Positions 1 through 8,958 of a stretch of 51,418 nt of DNA are shown here, piece after piece. The stretch spans positions 1-51,418 of IMG/VR virus record IMGVR_UViG_3300018080_000031; one strand, 5' to 3'. A program made the translations under genes and the position numbers. The notes under the pieces are model-generated. The model had not been told where the DNA came from. It was given only the letters and a program-made list of their open reading frames with translations, and did no database searches. Position 1 is the first letter of the stretch, and every line of letters begins with the position of its first letter. Source of the DNA: a virus (lineage: Duplodnaviria; Caudoviricetes).

Positions 1-123
1 AAAGATGTCGAAAGAGGAAATTGCCGATCTTGACGGCACGACCTTTGATGCCAATGATGTAGGTAAGAAGATCAAATCACGATCAGAAAAGATCAATGAA
101 TTCATTACAGCCTTCGTCAATGC
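1..123. repeat. Terminal direct repeat, left copy (assembly overlap indicating a circular or circularly permuted genome)
   Basis: Bases 1-123 are identical to 51296-51418. Confidence 0.97.
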
Positions 124-202
124 AGGTGTTGACAAAGAACAGGCCGTCGTACTAGCAACAAATGCTGTTGACAATCCGCAACTTTTGACCATTAAAGAAT
201 AA
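5..202 (+). CDS. 3' part of the junction-spanning hypothetical protein starting at 51120
   Basis: Same frame as the 51120 ORF through the terminal overlap. Confidence 0.8.
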   Translation: MSKEEIADLDGTTFDANDVGKKIKSRSEKINEFITAFVNAGVDKEQAVVLATNAVDNPQLLTIKE

Positions 203-233
203 ATATTAACCTAGCAATCGGTAGAACAACCTA

Positions 234-269
234 AAAGGTCAATGATTAAGTTCATTGGCCTTTCTTTTT
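234..269 (+). terminator. Rho-independent terminator
   Basis: AAAGGTCAATGA-ttaagt-TCATTGGCCTTT hairpin followed by CTTTTT. Confidence 0.85.
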
Positions 270-306
270 GCACACATCTAATGTAATTAACCTGGGGATA
301 TGACAT

Positions 307-331
307 AGATCGTTTAATTATTGAACGGTCT
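307..331. repeat. 25-bp quasi-palindrome copy 1
   Basis: AGATCGTTTAATTATTGAACGGTCT. Confidence 0.9.
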
Positions 332-356
332 ATGGTTAAATGTACGTAATTTTATG

Positions 357-385
357 TTGACAACACTACGTAGATCAATTATTAT
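357..385 (+). promoter_or_regulatory. sigma70-type promoter
   Basis: TTGACA-17 nt-TATTAT. Confidence 0.7.
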
Positions 386-475
386 GGTTATTATGGTTAT
401 TATGGTTGATATTTCTATTAGGCTATTACATATATCTCTAAAAAAAAAATTATAAACATATATGTATTAGCCTAA
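380..475. repeat. Three tandem TATTATGGT repeats plus an 18-bp inverted repeat (418-435 / 458-475) around an A-tract
   Basis: Read directly from the sequence. Confidence 0.8.
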
Positions 476-543
476 CAGCCTTAAGCACCTTAAGAGCCAT
501 ATCAGCCTATTGAATTGAACATTTGAAGTGAGGAGGATTTAGT

Positions 544-765
544 ATGGGACATAAGTTTAAAGAGTGGAGTGTTGAAGATGTGATGGAGTACTTTGATGAA
601 TGGTTGGAGGGAGATGAAAATATGGCAGAAGAGCTTATGTGTAGAGTGGAGGACATGATCGGCCGTGGCAACTATAACCATTTAATGAGAGGATTCAGAG
701 ACTATTTGAAGGAAGTAGTAGGTATCAAAGGTATTCCATTTGCTACTTATAGGAGGGTCAGGTAA
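544..765 (+). CDS. Hypothetical protein
   Basis: GAGGAGG RBS; stop overlaps next start. Confidence 0.8.
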   Translation: MGHKFKEWSVEDVMEYFDEWLEGDENMAEELMCRVEDMIGRGNYNHLMRGFRDYLKEVVGIKGIPFATYRRVR

Positions 766-1526
766 TGGCTAAGAATTATGGATATAAGAGAAGAGATCCT
801 TATAAAGAAGATAGTACAAAAGGAGGAGCTTTGCTCAATCCTAAGACGTACAAAGGTGATGTGTTGGTTCAGTTGTGGATAGATAGTAGAATATTAGCCA
901 CGTTGAGCAACTGGTTGGACAATGGAGGTATGGTGACTAGGTTTATGAGTGATGTGGTGAGGACCACGTTGGAACAGGTAGTTGAGCATTTGAAGGAACA
1001 AGGTGAAGTTGAAATGGTTGAGCTTTGTAGAGATGCTAGGGATTTGTTGAAGAGGAAGTATAGAGTAGATTTAAATCCAGGTGGGAAAGGTGGAAGGAAT
1101 AAGCTGCACAATCTCACACTTGATGAGAGAAGGAAGAGAAATAGAGAAGTGGACGTAAGACAGAGCAGTTATACTGATGAGCAACTGAATAGAGCCATGG
1201 AGAAGTATGATGTAGAGAAGAGAATTGAAGATGCTAAGAGAAGAGCTGAAGAAGTTAGGAAGAAGTGGGAAGTAGATGAAAATGGTGTAGTTCAGAATAC
1301 AGGTAGACCATATGATGTAGATCCTAATACAGTTAATATAGAAGAAATGAAGGTGGAGAAGAAAAAAGAAGACAAATCTTCAATTGTGGAAGTTAGTGTT
1401 AAGAAAGAGAAAGAGAAAAGAGAGAGTGGTGTGCCTAAGCAGAAGACAGAAGAGGAGATTGAAGATCATATTGATAGGATAGCTAAGAAAGATAAAGAAT
1501 ATGAAGAGAAGTTGAAGAGGATGTGA
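765..1526 (+). CDS. Hypothetical protein, possible N-terminal ribbon-helix-helix-like DNA-binding region and charged C-terminus
   Basis: 253-aa ORF; VQLWIDSRILATL...MSDVVRTTLEQ pattern; function is inference. Confidence 0.7.
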   Translation: MAKNYGYKRRDPYKEDSTKGGALLNPKTYKGDVLVQLWIDSRILATLSNWLDNGGMVTRFMSDVVRTTLEQVVEHLKEQGEVEMVELCRDARDLLKRKYRVDLNPGGKGGRNKLHNLTLDERRKRNREVDVRQSSYTDEQLNRAMEKYDVEKRIEDAKRRAEEVRKKWEVDENGVVQNTGRPYDVDPNTVNIEEMKVEKKKEDKSSIVEVSVKKEKEKRESGVPKQKTEEEIEDHIDRIAKKDKEYEEKLKRM

Positions 1527-1529
1527 ATT

Positions 1530-1554
1530 AGATTGTTTAATTATTAAACGATCT
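1530..1554. repeat. 25-bp quasi-palindrome copy 2
   Basis: AGATTGTTTAATTATTAAACGATCT. Confidence 0.92.
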
Positions 1555-1600
1555 AACCGCCCGTGACACTTTTGGCCAAAACTGTAAATGAAAATAACAC

Positions 1601-1629
1601 TTGACAAGGGATTATTTTTATGATATAAT
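1601..1629 (+). promoter_or_regulatory. Consensus sigma70 promoter with extended -10
   Basis: TTGACA-17 nt-TATAAT with TGn. Confidence 0.9.
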
Positions 1630-1685
1630 AAGGGCGTGAAAATAAAGAATGAAATAAAGATCGTTTGAAAGGAGGTGAGTGATAG

Positions 1686-1856
1686 ATGTTGATGGCAATC
1701 TTAGACATTCGTGAAGATTGTGTGTTGGGTACTTTTAACAAATATGCTTACAATAAGTGTAGGCATATAGTTGAAGGTGAACCTACGTTGGAAGTTAGAG
1801 ATAACAAGATACAGGTAATGTACTATGATAAGCAAGAAGAAGTTGTACAAAGGTGA
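1686..1856 (+). CDS. Small hypothetical protein (56 aa, absent from ORF track)
   Basis: GGAGGTG RBS; MLMAILDIREDCVLG...VVQR*; first gene after the promoter. Confidence 0.6.
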   Translation: MLMAILDIREDCVLGTFNKYAYNKCRHIVEGEPTLEVRDNKIQVMYYDKQEEVVQR

Positions 1857-2073
1857 GTTTAATTACTTTGGTGAGACTTATAAACTGTTTACGCAGGCCG
1901 AGTCAGAGGTATTTGCATTCTACAATTTCATCAATCAGTTGAGGAAGAAACTAAAGGTGTCAAAGAATAGGTTGTTTTATTACTTTGATGGAAGTAGGGA
2001 TAACTATTATATTAGAGAGGAGGTGAAAAAAGATGAAAGCCAAGACCGCACGAAGATTCTTGCGAAGGAATAG
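1825..2073 (+). CDS. Hypothetical protein
   Basis: ORF in the early gene cluster. Confidence 0.65.
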   Translation: MISKKKLYKGEFNYFGETYKLFTQAESEVFAFYNFINQLRKKLKVSKNRLFYYFDGSRDNYYIREEVKKDESQDRTKILAKE

Positions 2074-2173
2074 TTGGACTATTGCTAAGCATAACTTAGG
2101 CATTCATGTTAGTCCTAGCATTAAGCGAAGGATTAAAGAAGCAATAAGGGTAGTTACTAAGTCTATGAAGTAA
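2033..2173 (+). CDS. Small basic hypothetical protein (46 aa)
   Basis: GGAGGTG RBS; MKAKTARRFLRRNSW... Confidence 0.6.
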   Translation: MKAKTARRFLRRNSWTIAKHNLGIHVSPSIKRRIKEAIRVVTKSMK

Positions 2174-2188
2174 ATAGGAGAAGATACT

Positions 2189-2380
2189 GTGGGAAAAGTG
2201 ACGATCCTTGGACAGAACATTCGGATAGTAAGGCCAGAGAAAGTTAACAATCCTATCGTTTATAAGAAGGATAGACCTCAGGCTAGGTATCATCTCAGGC
2301 CAAAGTTGATTAAAACTAACTTACAATGGATTAAGGATAGTATAACTATTCCACCAAGTCCTAGTTATTGGATGAAATGA
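2189..2380 (+). CDS. Hypothetical protein
   Basis: AGGAG RBS, GTG start. Confidence 0.6.
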   Translation: MGKVTILGQNIRIVRPEKVNNPIVYKKDRPQARYHLRPKLIKTNLQWIKDSITIPPSPSYWMK

Positions 2381-2404
2381 GATCGTTTAATTATTAAACG
2401 ATCT
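2380..2404. repeat. 25-bp quasi-palindrome copy 3 (perfect arms)
   Basis: AGATCGTTTAATTATTAAACGATCT. Confidence 0.95.
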
Positions 2405-2418
2405 GATTGGAGATTAAG

Positions 2419-2745
2419 ATGACAGCAGAAGAAAGGAAAGAGCTGGAGCGTCAAAGAGCTGCAGCGAAGGTTCATTGCAATGAAGTCTACAGCATTATTC
2501 TTCAGATGAAAGGGATGCTTGATACTTATTATAAATATTACTATCGCTGGAAAGATAAATACGAAAAGGCTGATCGACAACTGGCCGAGCAAGACAAGTT
2601 GCATAAAGTTAAGGCGCAAGCTTCTGGATCACGTAAGAAGCAACCTGAGCTTGAATTGAAGTTGACTAAAGAACAGGTAATTAGGATTGCAGACGAGCTT
2701 GGAATTAAACTTGAATTAAGCTTTGATGATGAAGGAGGTGAATAA
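2419..2745 (+). CDS. Hypothetical coiled-coil protein
   Basis: GGAG RBS before ATG 2419. Confidence 0.75.
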   Translation: MTAEERKELERQRAAAKVHCNEVYSIILQMKGMLDTYYKYYYRWKDKYEKADRQLAEQDKLHKVKAQASGSRKKQPELELKLTKEQVIRIADELGIKLELSFDDEGGE

Positions 2746-2747
2746 AG

Positions 2748-2924
2748 ATGAATGAACACAGACTTGATTTCAAACTGACAAGGGCAGCCAGAAAATCTGG
2801 CGGTGACAGGTATGAGTGCAATCTTGCTAATGAACCTAAGCCAATGGTTATCTACATTCCGCAGGTAATCTGTAGAGAAAATGGCAAGCCTAAGGAAAGG
2901 TTGACTTTGACCATCTCGGATTAA
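2748..2924 (+). CDS. Small hypothetical protein (58 aa)
   Basis: GGAGGTG RBS; MNEHRLDFKLTRAARKSGGDRYEC... Confidence 0.65.
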   Translation: MNEHRLDFKLTRAARKSGGDRYECNLANEPKPMVIYIPQVICRENGKPKERLTLTISD

Positions 2925-2941
2925 ATGTACCAAAAATTATG

Positions 2942-2970
2942 TTGACAACGAACTGATCTTCCATTATAAT
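2942..2970 (+). promoter_or_regulatory. Consensus sigma70 promoter
   Basis: TTGACA-17 nt-TATAAT. Confidence 0.9.
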
Positions 2971-3089
2971 GGAATTTCATTGTTGAGTTAACGTACAAGA
3001 AAGGGGGTGATGAGACGTTGAAATAGAACTGTTGTTATTAGGCATTTTGTTAACTGTATTACTAACACTTTAATGGGAGGATTTAAAAG

Positions 3090-3464
3090 ATGATTCAAAA
3101 AGAAGTCACGGCAAAAGTACCTGTAAAGGAAGGTAGGAATTCAGAAGAGCTCGGGCCTGCAACTATTCTCGTTGACTATCCCGAGACAGTCGAAGAAGCC
3201 ATCGAGTGGACTACGGAGGAAGCACTGTTGTCCAACGCTTTCGCGAACTGGAGAGTGACAATCCAAGCCAATATGCGAACTGCCTTGCTTGGAGGAATGG
3301 ATGAGGAGGCTATTCAGAACAAGTTGGGTAAATCTGTAATGGGTGTTGCTCAGACTGGTGGAAGGGTTGATGTACAGACTGCTTTCATCGCTAAGTTTAA
3401 AACTGCCACGCCAGAGAAGCAGGCTGAGATGCTTGAGATGTTAAGGACTGCAGCGCAAGATTAA
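3090..3464 (+). CDS. Hypothetical protein, monocistronic
   Basis: GGGAGG RBS; own promoter and terminator. Confidence 0.85.
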   Translation: MIQKEVTAKVPVKEGRNSEELGPATILVDYPETVEEAIEWTTEEALLSNAFANWRVTIQANMRTALLGGMDEEAIQNKLGKSVMGVAQTGGRVDVQTAFIAKFKTATPEKQAEMLEMLRTAAQD

Positions 3465-3496
3465 AAGCATTCTCCTTTCATTGTTCACCTCGTTGG

Positions 3497-3527
3497 AGCG
3501 TCCTAGGTTTGTCCTAGGGCGCTTTTT
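3497..3527 (+). terminator. Rho-independent terminator
   Basis: AGCGTCCTAGG-tttgt-CCTAGGGCGCT followed by TTTT. Confidence 0.85.
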
Positions 3528-3565
3528 AAAAACTTAAAAATGAACATTTTAGGTATGTAATGAAT

Positions 3566-3590
3566 AGATCGTTTAATAATTAAACAAACT
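3566..3590. repeat. 25-bp quasi-palindrome copy 4
   Basis: AGATCGTTTAATAATTAAACAAACT. Confidence 0.88.
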
Positions 3591-3611
3591 TGACGCAAGG
3601 AGAATAAGAAG

Positions 3612-4058
3612 ATGAAAGCATTAAAAGAAAGACTTGCTGATAGAAAAGAAGAATATGAAAATATAGTTAAGGCCGAACATCTTGTTGAATCCTACCTTGA
3701 AAAAATAACTCCATTATTCCCGCCTAATACAAGCATAACTGGGACTATCTACGAAAAAAGTGCATTTCTGTACTTCTCAGTTGAATCAGTTGAAGAGTTT
3801 GAAGAGAACACAATTTCTAAATTATCAGATATGTTCAACATTCCTTGGAAAAGAACTGTTAGTGAAGATGTAATATATCATTCCGTAGATCTTGTAATTG
3901 ACGAGGGTGAATATGATCTTTATTTAACAGTGAGTTCCAAACCAACTGAGTCATGTAGAATAGTTAAGGTGTCTACTGGGAAAGTGAAAAAAACTAAGAA
4001 ATGGGTAGAGGTTGAGGAAGCAGAATTTGAGTATGTAGTGGAGTGTTCAGATGACTAA
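3612..4058 (+). CDS. Hypothetical protein
   Basis: AAGGAG RBS; overlaps ligase start. Confidence 0.8.
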   Translation: MKALKERLADRKEEYENIVKAEHLVESYLEKITPLFPPNTSITGTIYEKSAFLYFSVESVEEFEENTISKLSDMFNIPWKRTVSEDVIYHSVDLVIDEGEYDLYLTVSSKPTESCRIVKVSTGKVKKTKKWVEVEEAEFEYVVECSDD

Positions 4059-4899
4059 CCAATGGCAGCGTTGGAAAGGGATAATGAAGTGTTATCCTTT
4101 CGAGGAGAAACGACTTGCTAAATGGAAGCCTCCTTTCATTGTCCAACCTAAATACGATGGAGTTCGCTGTCGAGCTATTCCACTCGAGAACGGCAAATAC
4201 ATCTTGTTGTCAAGTGAAGAGAATGTAATCTTCTCAGTACCTCACATCAATGAGATTCTTGAGAAACTACGTTTAACCGCCGAGCTTGACGGTGAACTCT
4301 ATCGGCATGGGATGAGTTTTGAGGAAATAACTTCTATTACATCCAGAACTGTGAACATTCATCCTGGGTATAAACAGATGAGATTTCACATCTTTGATGT
4401 AGTCAATGCTCAACCCCAGATGCAGCGCACGCTAGTGATTGAAAACCTACGTGGAATTTCTCCGTTGTTAGAAGTTGCGCCATTCTGGCTTTGTGAATCA
4501 CTTGATGATGTAATGAGAGTTTATGACAAGCTTATTGAAATGAACTATGAAGGAATAATTGTTAGGCATAATTTAGCTCCTTATGAAAGGAAGAGGAGTG
4601 CATTAGTAATGAAATTTAAACCTAAAAAAGAAGATGTTTACAGAATCACTGGATGGAAAGAAGAATTCACTATCAGTGGAGAACCGAAGGGTAGAATAGG
4701 AGCTATTATCTGCAAAAGCCAAGATGGAGACGAGTTCTCTGTTGGATCAGGCCTCACCGACATAGACAGGGAAGCTCTTTGGCTTATAAGAGAATCATTA
4801 AAAGGGCAACAGATCAAAGTTCAATATCAGCACATAACTTCTGGGAAGAAAGTACCACGCTTCCCAGTGTTCGTGGAGGTGATTGAAGATGTACAATGA
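4051..4899 (+). CDS. lig: ATP-dependent DNA ligase
   Basis: Motif I KYDGVR, LDGELY, FHIFD, YEGIIVR, MKFK; OB fold with VGSG and PRFP. Confidence 0.93.
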   Translation: MTNQWQRWKGIMKCYPFEEKRLAKWKPPFIVQPKYDGVRCRAIPLENGKYILLSSEENVIFSVPHINEILEKLRLTAELDGELYRHGMSFEEITSITSRTVNIHPGYKQMRFHIFDVVNAQPQMQRTLVIENLRGISPLLEVAPFWLCESLDDVMRVYDKLIEMNYEGIIVRHNLAPYERKRSALVMKFKPKKEDVYRITGWKEEFTISGEPKGRIGAIICKSQDGDEFSVGSGLTDIDREALWLIRESLKGQQIKVQYQHITSGKKVPRFPVFVEVIEDVQ

Positions 4900-5218
4900 A
4901 AAAGAAGAAGTAGAAGACAAAGGAAAAGAATGGTCATTCTATGTTGCGGGCGTGAAGTTCCATGATGCTTATAAGTGCATAGATAGAATGAAAGTCGGAG
5001 ACAAACTTCAAATGATAGCTGAGCCTGAGAACAAGTTCGACCCTAATGCAATTAGGCTTGAATTTGAAGATATTATGATCGGCTATGTCAAAGGGAAGAT
5101 CAGCGCAGAGGTCAGCGCCGCTACTATGTACGGTCGACTTGACTGCTCTATCATTGAACTAAATCTTGAAGCAAAACCTTGGGAATCAATCAAAGTAAAG
5201 ATAACGGAGGTAGTGTAA
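4889..5218 (+). CDS. HIRAN domain protein
   Basis: FYVAGVKFH...EPENKFDPNAI...IGYV signature. Confidence 0.85.
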   Translation: MYNEKEEVEDKGKEWSFYVAGVKFHDAYKCIDRMKVGDKLQMIAEPENKFDPNAIRLEFEDIMIGYVKGKISAEVSAATMYGRLDCSIIELNLEAKPWESIKVKITEVV

Positions 5219-5616
5219 TGAAATCTGTATTTTGTGCTTATTGTGGAAAACAACTATTTGTATATCGAAAGGCTGTACCATCAAAGATGAAAATCTACGA
5301 CTTCATCGAGCCTCATAATTGTCTTGGTGAAGAGGAAAGGCCTGAGGAGTTTAAATTTGAACTTGTTGAAGATGAGAAGAAGCCACCTATTGACCTTCCA
5401 CAAAGGTTTGGTAAACAAAAGATCGTTCAATTATTAAACGATCTTGAGCCAAAAACCACTAACCCATTGCAGATGAAAACTGGTGACAAACGAAACAAAG
5501 ATCATCTTCGCAAAGAACTATCATCAACTGCACCTAAGAGCTTAATAGATAACATACAAGGATTATCAAACTCAACACCAGAAGGAGATATAGACAAAGA
5601 ACCTGAGGAGGCCTAA
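5218..5616 (+). CDS. Hypothetical protein with putative Zn finger
   Basis: CAYC...HNC; contains repeat copy 5 in frame. Confidence 0.75.
   Translation: MKSVFCAYCGKQLFVYRKAVPSKMKIYDFIEPHNCLGEEERPEEFKFELVEDEKKPPIDLPQRFGKQKIVQLLNDLEPKTTNPLQMKTGDKRNKDHLRKELSSTAPKSLIDNIQGLSNSTPEGDIDKEPEEA
5420..5444. repeat. 25-bp quasi-palindrome copy 5 (inside CDS)
   Basis: AGATCGTTCAATTATTAAACGATCT, read as KIVQLLNDL. Confidence 0.9.
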
Positions 5617-5617
5617 A

Positions 5618-5908
5618 ATGGCTAAGGTATTTGTAGTCAACAAATCAGCTCATGATTTTAGTCCTGCAGAAAGATACGGCGAAATCATCTTTTTGTCCGA
5701 AGGTGCTATGAACCGATATGCTACTAATCATATGCATAGGAAGTTCACTGAGATTATGAAAAATTCTAACGAACACGACTACATCGTACCATGTAGCCTA
5801 AATGTAATGAATAGTATTGCCTGCGCTATTTTTGCAAGAATCCACGGCAGGCTTAATTTGTTGCTGTTTAAGGAAGGAGATTATATTGAACGTAACTTAG
5901 TAATCTAA
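5618..5908 (+). CDS. Hypothetical protein
   Basis: GAGGAGG RBS; tightly packed. Confidence 0.8.
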   Translation: MAKVFVVNKSAHDFSPAERYGEIIFLSEGAMNRYATNHMHRKFTEIMKNSNEHDYIVPCSLNVMNSIACAIFARIHGRLNLLLFKEGDYIERNLVI

Positions 5909-5929
5909 AAAATGAAAGGAGAAAAAGCA

Positions 5930-6118
5930 ATGGCGATAACTGAAAGAACGTTGAAGAAATGGAGGAGAGAAGCACTTTGGTTTAAAGAGTCTGAACCAAT
6001 TGAGGGAACTATAGATGCTAATTTAACTTATGTTACAAAAGTACAGCTCTGTGATCGCATCCTCCGCATGACGCAGGAACTTCTTGACCAACACTTGCTT
6101 CGAAAGGAGGTGCGATGA
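5930..6118 (+). CDS. Hypothetical protein
   Basis: AAGGAG RBS before ATG 5930; ATGA overlap with the nuclease. Confidence 0.7.
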   Translation: MAITERTLKKWRREALWFKESEPIEGTIDANLTYVTKVQLCDRILRMTQELLDQHLLRKEVR

Positions 6119-7086
6119 ACTTTCCAATTCAAGAACATCCAACATGGAAGAAGCGCGACTCGTCTAAACTTGACACTTATCTCGAATGTCCTCGAAAGTA
6201 TTTCTTCGAATACATTCTTGGTTGGCGTCCTGATCGGCCAGCACATGACCTCTATTTCGGCGAGTCTTGGCACAAAGCTCGTGAGTGGCAACTGCTCCAC
6301 GGCTACGATGATGTAGGAGGTGCATTCAAAGCTTTTATTGAATACTACCGTAAACAGTTCCCACCAGAAACTGACGACCTTTATCGACCGAAAGATCCAA
6401 CGGCAGTAGGTAAAGCTCTAGTTAAATTCGCAGATGAACGGCAAGGTGATTTGACTGAAAATGAAGTCTTGTTAACTGAAACTAGCGGAACAGTGCCTGT
6501 CGACGAGAACCGATTCCTCTATTATCGAATGGACTCTGTTATGCGTAGAAAAGAAGATGGTAAAATCTTCTCTTGGGATCATAAGTCTGCGAAGAAATTC
6601 AGTCGTCAATGGGAAGAGAAGTTCTTTCTCTCAACTCAAAACGGAACCTACACACATTGCCTTTATTGCATGTATCCTATTAAACAAGTACTTGGAATCG
6701 AATTTTGCGGAACTGCATTTGAATATCTAAAGCGTGGCAGTCGTTACCGCTCACAAGGTTATCACATTAACTTTCAACGTGTCCCTGCTTTCAAGTCACC
6801 TGAGATGATGAACGTCTGGCTTTGGCAGGTAAATGATTACCTAGATGATATCGACAGAGATATGGAACGACTTTTTGATTGCAAGGAAAACGAACCAGTA
6901 ATGATGGCTTTTCAGCAACGTACTACTTCGTGCCCTAACTACTGGGGCTGTGCTTATCATGACTATTGCATGGCCTGGCCTAATCCCTTACAACAATGCT
7001 ATGAACCGCCCTTAGGTTTTCGCATTGAGAGATGGGACCCAGAAGCAATAGAAACTACTAACAAAAGGAACTTGGAGTGGAAGTAA
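6115..7086 (+). CDS. PD-(D/E)XK exonuclease, Cas4/RecB-like, probably Fe-S
   Basis: SSKLDTYLECPRKY, FGESWH, RMD...DHKS, C-terminal CxxxxxCxxxxxC. Confidence 0.85.
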   Translation: MNFPIQEHPTWKKRDSSKLDTYLECPRKYFFEYILGWRPDRPAHDLYFGESWHKAREWQLLHGYDDVGGAFKAFIEYYRKQFPPETDDLYRPKDPTAVGKALVKFADERQGDLTENEVLLTETSGTVPVDENRFLYYRMDSVMRRKEDGKIFSWDHKSAKKFSRQWEEKFFLSTQNGTYTHCLYCMYPIKQVLGIEFCGTAFEYLKRGSRYRSQGYHINFQRVPAFKSPEMMNVWLWQVNDYLDDIDRDMERLFDCKENEPVMMAFQQRTTSCPNYWGCAYHDYCMAWPNPLQQCYEPPLGFRIERWDPEAIETTNKRNLEWK

Positions 7087-7307
7087 TGACCACTAACAAC
7101 ATAGAAATATGTTTCACTAAAGAACAACTTGAGGAAGAATTTAGATTATTTCCTGGATACCCTATTTTCTTCGTCAAGGATACTGATGCAAGTAGGAGAT
7201 TAGTAGAGAAGATGACCAGAAATCTTGATCCTGGGAGAATAATAATGCTAGAACTTGATGAGTACAAAGCACTTAAAATAGAAGCTGTAACAATGAGGTT
7301 ATCATGA
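7086..7307 (+). CDS. Hypothetical protein
   Basis: TAATG coupling to the upstream gene. Confidence 0.65.
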   Translation: MTTNNIEICFTKEQLEEEFRLFPGYPIFFVKDTDASRRLVEKMTRNLDPGRIIMLELDEYKALKIEAVTMRLS

Positions 7308-7492
7308 AATGTCCTGACTGCGAAACTGTTTGGTTAGATGAAGAGATAATAGACATGGACAAAGCAAAGGATTTGTTTGAAGTAGTTTACAAATGTCCTA
7401 AGTGTAACACTGTGTTCTTCGGTACTATGTACCGAGACTTGGAACAATCAACTGGAAAAATAGACTGTGAAAAATGCGAGGAGAAAAAGTAA
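7304..7492 (+). CDS. Zn-ribbon protein
   Basis: CPDC, CPKC, CEKC. Confidence 0.7.
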   Translation: MKCPDCETVWLDEEIIDMDKAKDLFEVVYKCPKCNTVFFGTMYRDLEQSTGKIDCEKCEEKK

Positions 7493-7668
7493 TGAATGCA
7501 AAAGATTGGGAAAGCCTAAGAGGTAAACTTATTCATGTAAAGGTATTGAGTGTTGTTCCTCTTGCACCAAGAAGTCACATGATTCAACTTGAAATCGTAG
7601 AAACTGATGATTATGCAGATGTTGAAGTCTTCGAATATGACGAGGAGGGACAGAGAGATGCCTTATGA
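7492..7668 (+). CDS. Hypothetical protein
   Basis: GAGGAG RBS, TAATG coupling. Confidence 0.6.
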   Translation: MNAKDWESLRGKLIHVKVLSVVPLAPRSHMIQLEIVETDDYADVEVFEYDEEGQRDAL

Positions 7669-8500
7669 TCCTATGAAAGAACTAAAAAGAGTAACAGACT
7701 ATTACAACAAAGACCCCTTACAAAAGCGCTTCAGTGCAATAGTTACTGGAGAAACTAATGCAGGTAAGACTTATTTATTAAGAAGCGCAAGGTTTCCTAT
7801 CCACATAGATTCATTCGATCCTGGAGGAACAAAGTGCTTAGGTGACTTAATAAGATGTGAAGAAAACCCTAACGGCCAAATCATAGCTGACACGACCTTC
7901 GAGAACGAAGATCCTTTCAATCCATCTGCTTATGCTGAGTGGCAAAAGGTAACTAACTTAAGATTGGAAACAGGCTACTTCAATCTCTTCGGAACCTATT
8001 GCTTAGATGGCTTAACAACCTTTGGCAAAGCAGTAATGAACTTTCAACTTGCATCGAAAGGCCGTGAAGGTGAAGTTCCTCAAATGCGTAAGGACTTCAA
8101 TCCACAAAAGAACTTCATCGAAAATTACATACGAAAACTAATGAACCTATCCTGCGATTTCATCTTGACTGGCCACTTGAAAGAAATCGAGGAATTGCTA
8201 GCTATCGATTCTAGCTCAGGAATAAAACGAAAGGAGGTGAAATATCGTCTTTATGTAACTGGCCAAGCAGTAATAACAATTCCACTTTTATTCGATGAAC
8301 TTTACACTATAATCGGAAAGGGCAATCCGCCCAAGCGAGAGATGCTTATCGACTCTCTCGGTAAATATATAGCTAGGTCAAGACTAAAAAGAAATGGCAA
8401 ACTGGATGCGGTCGAAGAGCCTAATATTAGAAAGTTATTGAAGAAAATTGGCCTAAAATGGGAAGATAAACCAAGGCTTGAAACAAACAAGACCGTTTAA
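7658..8500 (+). CDS. AAA_24 / Sak4-like P-loop ATPase (ssDNA annealing recombinase)
   Basis: Walker A GETNAGKT, Walker B CLDGLT, ILTGH; context with exonuclease and SSB. Confidence 0.78.
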   Translation: MPYDPMKELKRVTDYYNKDPLQKRFSAIVTGETNAGKTYLLRSARFPIHIDSFDPGGTKCLGDLIRCEENPNGQIIADTTFENEDPFNPSAYAEWQKVTNLRLETGYFNLFGTYCLDGLTTFGKAVMNFQLASKGREGEVPQMRKDFNPQKNFIENYIRKLMNLSCDFILTGHLKEIEELLAIDSSSGIKRKEVKYRLYVTGQAVITIPLLFDELYTIIGKGNPPKREMLIDSLGKYIARSRLKRNGKLDAVEEPNIRKLLKKIGLKWEDKPRLETNKTV

Positions 8501-8514
8501 TTATTAAACAATCT
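8490..8514. repeat. 25-bp quasi-palindrome copy 6 (overlaps stop codon)
   Basis: AGACCGTTTAATTATTAAACAATCT. Confidence 0.9.
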
Positions 8515-8532
8515 AACCAACGGAGGTACTTA

Positions 8533-8928
8533 ATGGAAGAAAAAACCTACCTAATAACTCACGAAAATGGAACTCGTAGGAAGATCACAGTTCCAGCTGA
8601 TTGGAAAGTCACTTTCGGCCCTGCAGCTAAGGGCCTAAAGCATGATGGTACAAGAGGCCTCAAAATCCCCTTGGCCCTTCGCTTCTATGAAAGTGACACA
8701 AAGCAACGAGCCATATTCACTGATGTTGTAAGCTTCAGGGATACTTCTATAAAAATAGAAGAGGAAAAAGTAAGAATCCAAGAAAAAGATGGCTACACTG
8801 AATGTGAAGGTGTCAGACAACGCACTACATTTCAGGCCAAGGTTAGAGAATGGATAAATCCTGATGCAATAGCCGAAACACCTGCTTTACCGTCTGACAC
8901 CAAGATGTTTGATATGGATGAAGAATAA
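8533..8928 (+). CDS. Hypothetical protein
   Basis: CGGAGG RBS. Confidence 0.8.
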   Translation: MEEKTYLITHENGTRRKITVPADWKVTFGPAAKGLKHDGTRGLKIPLALRFYESDTKQRAIFTDVVSFRDTSIKIEEEKVRIQEKDGYTECEGVRQRTTFQAKVREWINPDAIAETPALPSDTKMFDMDEE

Positions 8929-8958
8929 ACACTAACAATTTAAACGGAGGTACTTTTT

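Noticed and set aside
1-123. 123-bp repeat as biological terminal repeats
   Set aside because: It falls in the middle of a gene and is more simply an assembler overlap of a circular contig
340-362. dif/XerD-like TTATGTT sequence
   Set aside because: Better explained as the shared upstream part of a -35 box (also at 2937 and 50722); no XerC arm at the correct spacing
1658-1667. Half-sites of the 25-bp repeat (also near 16531-16541)
   Set aside because: Only one arm is present; could be chance, so not counted
3010-3093. Second possible TGA-readthrough mini-ORF (MRR*NRTVVIRHFVNC...)
   Set aside because: RBS spacing is too short, there is no convincing SECIS-like hairpin and no Cys/redox context
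6115-7086. Cas4-like nuclease as evidence of a CRISPR-Cas system
   Set aside because: Stand-alone Cas4/RecB-like exonucleases are common in phage recombination modules; here it sits with Sak4-like and SSB-like genes
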